A DNA stretch of 64,000 nucleotides from Candidatus Omnitrophota bacterium (lineage in GTDB: Bacteria > Omnitrophota > Gorgyraeia > Zapsychrales > JANLHA01): positions 451,864-515,863 of the forward strand of contig JAKLFA010000002.1 of NCBI GenBank assembly GCA_022711395.1, read 5' to 3'. Made by a program: the position numbers and the translations under genes. Of this stretch, positions 59,149-64,000 are shown piece by piece. The notes beneath the pieces were generated by a model, which saw nothing but the letters and a program-made list of their open reading frames with translations, had not been told where the DNA came from and did no database searches. Every line of letters starts with the position of its first letter. Positions within the stretch are counted from its first letter, which is position 1.

Positions 59149-60966
59149 TTATGCTTGAGTTGAAGACTTCATGCGAAATTTTACAAAAAATGTTGTGCCC
59201 TTCCCCAGCTCGCTCTGAACACTGATCGAACCCTTATGTTCAGTGATCAAAGTATGGGCCGTGCTTAAACCCAGCCCCACACCTTTCCCGGGATCTTTTG
59301 TCGTAAAAAACGGATCGAAGACCTTTGCTAAATTCTCTTCGGGTATCCCCTTGCCGGTATCCGAAATTTCCACCAGCGCATCACCCCCCCCAGCAACGGA
59401 ATATTTGATAAAGACCTCGCCCTCCCCTCCTTCAAATGCGTCCACCGCGTTAAGAAATATATTAACAAATGCCTGTTCCAAAAGGACCCGGTCCCCCATG
59501 ATATCCATCCTGGGCCCATCATTCGAGCGGAACGTGACGTTCACCGCCTTGTCCATGCTTTTGACCAGGGTCATCGCTCCATCGATCACATCATTCAAAC
59601 AGACGGCCTCAAACGTCTCCAGCGAACTTTTAGAAAAGGCCAGCAGTTCCTGAACGACCTTATCCGCGCGCTTGGCGGACCTCTTGATCATCGCCAAACG
59701 CTGAACGGACCGCTCATCCATCTGCGCGATCTTTTCCTCGATCGTCTCCACGCTCAGCAAGATCACCGCCAAGGGGTTCTTGATCTCATGAGCGACCCCC
59801 GCCGCAAGCTGTCCGACGGCAGCCAATTTTTCCGATTGAAGAAGGCCTTTTTGGGCATCGCGCAAGCTGCGGTTCGCCTGTTCGAGTTCCGACAACATCT
59901 TTTTGAGGGCCTGCTCGTTGAGCATTAATTCCTTGTTGATCGCGTCCAGTTCTTTCTGCGCCGCCATACGTTCCTGGGCCTCTTTTTTGAATCGCTCATT
60001 AGCCTCTTTTAAAATATGCGCGTTCTGAGCTTCCCACTCCGCCCGTAACGTGCGGGCCTTCAATCGTAAAAATGTATGCGCGGAGGCGATCAGCAAAATG
60101 ATCAGGACCTCAGAAAACAGGAACATCGAACGGCTGTATTGAAGGACCTTATGATGGACTTGACTGAAATCCTCCGCCGTCACAAGCAAAAGACTGGTGC
60201 GATCGATCTCGACCGACGTCCAGGAAAACAGAAACTCCCCTTTTGGAGTATCGATGAATTCCATTCCGTCTGCCGTATGTCCAAATAACTTTTCGGCCTC
60301 CAATTCAAACCCCAACACCTCATTCATCCTTTTCAAACCATGCAACTTCTGCTTTTCAAGCAGAAAAGTCATCCGCGGACCGCCCGAAATGGAAATGTCC
60401 TCCACGATGTCCTGGGCAGAAGCTTCTGCCCGAATAGCGCCGATCACCTCCCCTTTATCAAGGATCGGGGACAAAAAAATAAATAAAAGCTGCTCATCGG
60501 GCAGTGATTCCACTTCAAAAAACGGCAGATGCGTCTCAAACAGAATCCGCATCTGAAGGCCGGACTGAAATTGGGAAGGCCTCATCTCGATGATGCCATG
60601 GATCATTTCCTTACTGACCGCGCCATCTTCATCAAGCCAATAAACGGCCCTGACCCAATTTTTGACCATTTTTAAAAGACGCCCGACTTCCTCAAGATCT
60701 TCCTGCGTCGGAACAGGCTCAACCTCCTTAAGTCTTGAGACCTTGATGACCGATTCATTAAGTGAAAGAACGTTGATCTTATCTTTGATGTCATTCACAT
60801 ATTGGACCAGCATCCTGGCCTTCAGCTGCAAGGCCGCGTCAGCCCCTTTCCGTGCGTGCTCCTGAATAATCCCATCAAAATACCTCACATTAAAACGGGC
60901 ATATAACACGATCACTGCGATAACCATCAGGATCGGAACATAGAAAAAGTTTTTTATTGTCTTCAT
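59149..60966 (-). CDS. Sensor histidine kinase (TM, extracytoplasmic sensor, coiled coil, HisKA, HATPase_c)
   Basis: HisKA 'AAGVAHEIKNPLAVI'. HATPase 'GKGVGLGLSTAHTLITEHKGSISVQSELGKGTTFFVKF'. Confidence 0.85.
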   Translation of the reverse strand: MKTIKNFFYVPILMVIAVIVLYARFNVRYFDGIIQEHARKGADAALQLKARMLVQYVNDIKDKINVLSLNESVIKVSRLKEVEPVPTQEDLEEVGRLLKMVKNWVRAVYWLDEDGAVSKEMIHGIIEMRPSQFQSGLQMRILFETHLPFFEVESLPDEQLLFIFLSPILDKGEVIGAIRAEASAQDIVEDISISGGPRMTFLLEKQKLHGLKRMNEVLGFELEAEKLFGHTADGMEFIDTPKGEFLFSWTSVEIDRTSLLLVTAEDFSQVHHKVLQYSRSMFLFSEVLIILLIASAHTFLRLKARTLRAEWEAQNAHILKEANERFKKEAQERMAAQKELDAINKELMLNEQALKKMLSELEQANRSLRDAQKGLLQSEKLAAVGQLAAGVAHEIKNPLAVILLSVETIEEKIAQMDERSVQRLAMIKRSAKRADKVVQELLAFSKSSLETFEAVCLNDVIDGAMTLVKSMDKAVNVTFRSNDGPRMDIMGDRVLLEQAFVNIFLNAVDAFEGGEGEVFIKYSVAGGGDALVEISDTGKGIPEENLAKVFDPFFTTKDPGKGVGLGLSTAHTLITEHKGSISVQSELGKGTTFFVKFRMKSSTQA

Positions 60967-60991
60967 TCAAGGTCCTTATTGGTCAACGGGC

Positions 60992-61999
60992 TTAAATCCC
61001 CAATCCAAAAAATGCAATACAAAAATTTCCCACAACGACGGCCCAAACGATCCAGCCAAGCGCGAACGGGCGAAGGAACGATGAGGCAACCTGTTTAACA
61101 TCCACCGTCATGCCCAAAGACGTCATGGCCAGGGTCCATAAAAACGCGCTGAAATCTTTCATAGACTGTTCAAAAACGGAACTGTGTGGAAAATACGCGA
61201 AAAGCACCCCGGTCAGGATAAAACCCCAAAGAAACAGCGGTATTTTCAGAAAAGAATTTTTTACTAGCATTTGGACAGAAAAATCAGCGTGCTCGCGTAT
61301 GTTCATATAGAATGATATGCAGAAAACCAACGGAATGATCATGGCGGTCCTGACGGCCTTGACAGCCAACGCCGCGCTTAAGCAATCCGGACTCACTGAA
61401 GAAGCCGCTAATCGGACAAGCCCGGTCTGATGCAGGGTCGTTGCGCTAAAGAACGCGAAACTCTCTTCCGGTATCCGCACCCCCAGCCCGGTGAGAAAAT
61501 ACGTCACAAGAACAATCAGTCCGATAAGCGTAATAACCAACAAGGCAATACTGGTATCCTTGGATTTTGCCTTCACGAGAGGAGATATCAGAGCGATCGC
61601 AGACGCCCCGCAGATCGCCGTGCCGACACAGATCAGAATAATCTGCCGAGCGTCAACCCTTAAGGATTCCCCAGCGATGATCCCGATCCAGAAAATCAGC
61701 AAAATTCCGATAACAACCTGACCCCAGACATAAAAATCGACCTTCAACATCTCAGAAAAATTCAAATTCACGCCATAAGCCACAATGCCCACAGCAATGA
61801 GGATATAGGAAAGATCAATGAAAATTTTTTCACTGCTGCCGGACTTGAAAAAAACCTGCCTCGCGATCATGCCCAGGATGATCCCTAAAACCAACGGGTC
61901 TAGAATACGGTGAAACGATGACAGATAGAATGCAACCCCGCCGATCAGCAAGGCCGCGATCAAATTCAGCGCGCCTTCTCTATAAATGCGAAAATCCAT
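60992..61999 (-). CDS. YeiH/UPF0324-family (putative sulfate-exporter-like) membrane protein
   Basis: About 335 aa, roughly 10 TM helices with an internal duplication pattern. Assignment by overall resemblance only. Confidence 0.45.
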   Translation of the reverse strand: MDFRIYREGALNLIAALLIGGVAFYLSSFHRILDPLVLGIILGMIARQVFFKSGSSEKIFIDLSYILIAVGIVAYGVNLNFSEMLKVDFYVWGQVVIGILLIFWIGIIAGESLRVDARQIILICVGTAICGASAIALISPLVKAKSKDTSIALLVITLIGLIVLVTYFLTGLGVRIPEESFAFFSATTLHQTGLVRLAASSVSPDCLSAALAVKAVRTAMIIPLVFCISFYMNIREHADFSVQMLVKNSFLKIPLFLWGFILTGVLFAYFPHSSVFEQSMKDFSAFLWTLAMTSLGMTVDVKQVASSFLRPFALGWIVWAVVVGNFCIAFFGLGI

Positions 62000-62044
62000 A
62001 TATCCCCGCCTTGTAAAAAATGGTTGTTAAGAACGCCATCAGTA

Positions 62045-62419
62045 TCAGGACCCGATCAGCCTTTGCACCGCCTGAAGGATTTCTCCCCCCTTAAAAGGCT
62101 TCATAAAGGTCTGTTTAACAGCCGGAAAGAAATTCCTCACGGTCTCAAGATAGGCCTCAGGATGGATCTTTCCTCCTCCCGAGATTGCGATGATCTTGAT
62201 CTCAGGGAACATCTTCACAAAATTTCCGATGGTCTCCACCCCTTCCATTTCCGGCATAATAATATCGGTGATCATCAGATCGACTTGCTTGTCCTTGCAA
62301 AAATCCATCGCCTCTTTGCCGTTAGCCGCGATCTCGACCTCATAACCGGCACCTTTGAACAGGTCCCTCAGCAGAACTCTTATATCCTGTTCATCATCAA
62401 TAATAAGAATTCGTGCCAT
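62045..62419 (-). CDS. Single-domain response regulator receiver
   Basis: 'ILIIDDEQDIR...LMITDIIMPEMEGVE...IIAISGG' REC motifs. Confidence 0.8.
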   Translation of the reverse strand: MARILIIDDEQDIRVLLRDLFKGAGYEVEIAANGKEAMDFCKDKQVDLMITDIIMPEMEGVETIGNFVKMFPEIKIIAISGGGKIHPEAYLETVRNFFPAVKQTFMKPFKGGEILQAVQRLIGS

Positions 62420-62469
62420 AGCGCCCTCCTCCTGAAAAATATCCTTGGTAAAAGCCCTCTGACGTCAGA

Positions 62470-62952
62470 TCACCCTGAAAGAACGCACTTCAAGACATCC
62501 AAAATGTCGCTCCTGGAGAACGGCTTTGACATAAACGCTCGGACATTGAACCTCTCGGCCATTTGACCCGCGACCTTTCGCCACGCACAGTCAACTGATG
62601 CGCCGAAATCCCGCCCCTTCGAATCATCCGGCCCTAAAACTGAAGACCAATCCATGGCGCCCCTGTTTTTAAAATAGATCCTTTCCCCCAGACCGCTCAT
62701 AAGAATAACCGCCGGCGTTCTTTCACCGTGGTTGTTATTGATAAATTCCAAGACATCGTCCCCCTTGACATCAGGCATAATATAGTCTAAAAAAACAACG
62801 TCCGGCTTTATCTCAACGAATTTCCGCATCGCCTCTTCGCCGCTGTTCACCACATGAATCTCGTGCCCGCCCGCTTCCCGTTGTAAGATCTCAGAAATCA
62901 AAAACGTGAGGTCTTGTTCATCATCCACCACCAAGATCTTGCGACTATCCAT
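62470..62952 (-). CDS. Response regulator receiver with C-terminal extension
   Basis: 'ILVVDDEQDL...VVFLDYIMPDVKGDDV...VILMSG...FMSKPF'. Overlaps the upstream HK stop by 8 nt. Confidence 0.75.
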   Translation of the reverse strand: MDSRKILVVDDEQDLTFLISEILQREAGGHEIHVVNSGEEAMRKFVEIKPDVVFLDYIMPDVKGDDVLEFINNNHGERTPAVILMSGLGERIYFKNRGAMDWSSVLGPDDSKGRDFGASVDCAWRKVAGQMAERFNVRAFMSKPFSRSDILDVLKCVLSG

Positions 62953-64000
62953 TGTTCCCCTCCGGTTGATTCGCCCGGTCCTTTAAAGGCAATGTGATCG
63001 TGAATTTTGTCCCCTTGCCCTTCTCGCTTTCCGCCCTGATCGTGCCTTTGTGATTCTCGATGATCGTAAAGACCATGCTCAAACCAAGACCGGTCCCCTG
63101 CCCGACTTTTTTCGTTGTAAAGAACGGATCGAATATCTTGTCAATGATTTCCGGAGGGATACCACAGCCGTTGTCAATGACCTCAAGGACGAGCTTTTGG
63201 CCCGTTTCCTCTTCGCCGGCGAACGATGAGGCCCGCACAATGATCTTCCCCCGGATGTCCGAAACGGCATCCATCGCGTTCGAAAGCAGATTGATCAGGA
63301 CCTGCTCGATAAGCTGGGAATCGCCTAAGATCGTTGTATCCTCCGGAATGTTAAACTCACACACGATCTCAGCACCTTTGATCCTCGCGCTCGACTCAAC
63401 CAACGAAACGGTCTGCCGGACAACATCCAGCACTTTGACGTCCTTCAATTTTATGTCCGAATACCGCGCAAAATTCATAAGGTCCATGACGACCTTGTTC
63501 GCTCTTTGCGCGGCACTTTTGATCATATCGATATAACGGAAACCCTCTTCGCCCAAAGAAGGAACCGTTCTTTGCAAAGCCTCAAGGCTAAGCAAAATAA
63601 TGGCCAGTGGGTTCTTGACCTCATGCGCGACACCGGCCGAAAGCTGCCCGACCGCCGCCATCTTTTGACTCTGAAGAAGCATTCCCTGAACGCTCTTCAG
63701 CTCTTCAAAATTCTGTTCCAACTGTTCCCGGATCTCACTGTTGTCCTCCAGCATGCTGACAAGGATCTCGCGGGACTTCAGGGCCTCCGCCAAAGCAGTC
63801 TCGATCTGAACGGTCTGTTCCCGCAGCTTGGCCTGGCTCTCAAGAAGAACGGCCTGGTTCTGGCGCAATTCGTTATCGACCCTTTTGCGGGCGCTCTCGA
63901 TCTCTATTTTCCAAAGCGCGAACCCCAGATCTTCCGCCACTTCAATGAACAAACGCTGATCCTCAACTTCGTGAGCATACTTTCGGTCCAGGCCGATCGT
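62945..64000 (-). CDS. Sensor histidine kinase (coiled coil, HisKA, HATPase_c), N-terminus beyond window end
   Basis: HisKA 'SAGVAHEVKNPLAIILLS'. HATPase 'GQGTGLGLSMVFTIIENHKGTIRAESEKGKGTKFTITLP'. The reading frame stays open upstream of the track's TTG at 63952 through to position 64000. Confidence 0.8.
   Translation of the reverse strand, partial: TIGLDRKYAHEVEDQRLFIEVAEDLGFALWKIEIESARKRVDNELRQNQAVLLESQAKLREQTVQIETALAEALKSREILVSMLEDNSEIREQLEQNFEELKSVQGMLLQSQKMAAVGQLSAGVAHEVKNPLAIILLSLEALQRTVPSLGEEGFRYIDMIKSAAQRANKVVMDLMNFARYSDIKLKDVKVLDVVRQTVSLVESSARIKGAEIVCEFNIPEDTTILGDSQLIEQVLINLLSNAMDAVSDIRGKIIVRASSFAGEEETGQKLVLEVIDNGCGIPPEIIDKIFDPFFTTKKVGQGTGLGLSMVFTIIENHKGTIRAESEKGKGTKFTITLPLKDRANQPEGNNG

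Overview
This is a 64 kb bacterial chromosomal window of moderate-to-high GC. Almost every gene from about 18.3 kb to 64 kb lies on the minus strand, including a complete rrn operon (16S, tRNA-Ile, tRNA-Ala, 23S, 5S). The window contains:
- A fatty-acid/ribosomal core array on the minus strand (recG, rsmD, coaD, yceD, rpmF, plsX, fabH), with fabD separately on the plus strand.
- A low-GC insertion downstream of fabH. It carries a FabZ paralogue whose catalytic His is replaced by Gln, a FabF-like KAS, and a homologue of cyanobacterial acyl-ACP reductase (AAR) that keeps the catalytic Cys. This looks like the most novel content in the window.
- Dense two-component and c-di-GMP signalling: two paralogous 7TM-domain histidine kinases flanking an HD-GYP protein, plus REC-EAL, PAS-GGDEF, and several orphan receivers and kinases.
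- An RND permease and a TolC-like outer-membrane factor with MarR, but no membrane-fusion protein.
- Alpha-glucan/glycogen genes: malQ (with an odd C-terminal extension), GH57-DUF3536, glgB, glgP.
- thyA-folA, gpmI, arfB, prmA, cspA.
- An envelope glycosyl-modification module (GT2, GT39, FemAB-like, methyltransferase, ApbE).
- A pseudopilin and a PC4-like protein.
A family of GTGTCNT heptad/inverted-repeat elements sits in three intercistronic gaps of the long minus-strand array. No CRISPR array, transposase, integrase or prophage was recognised.
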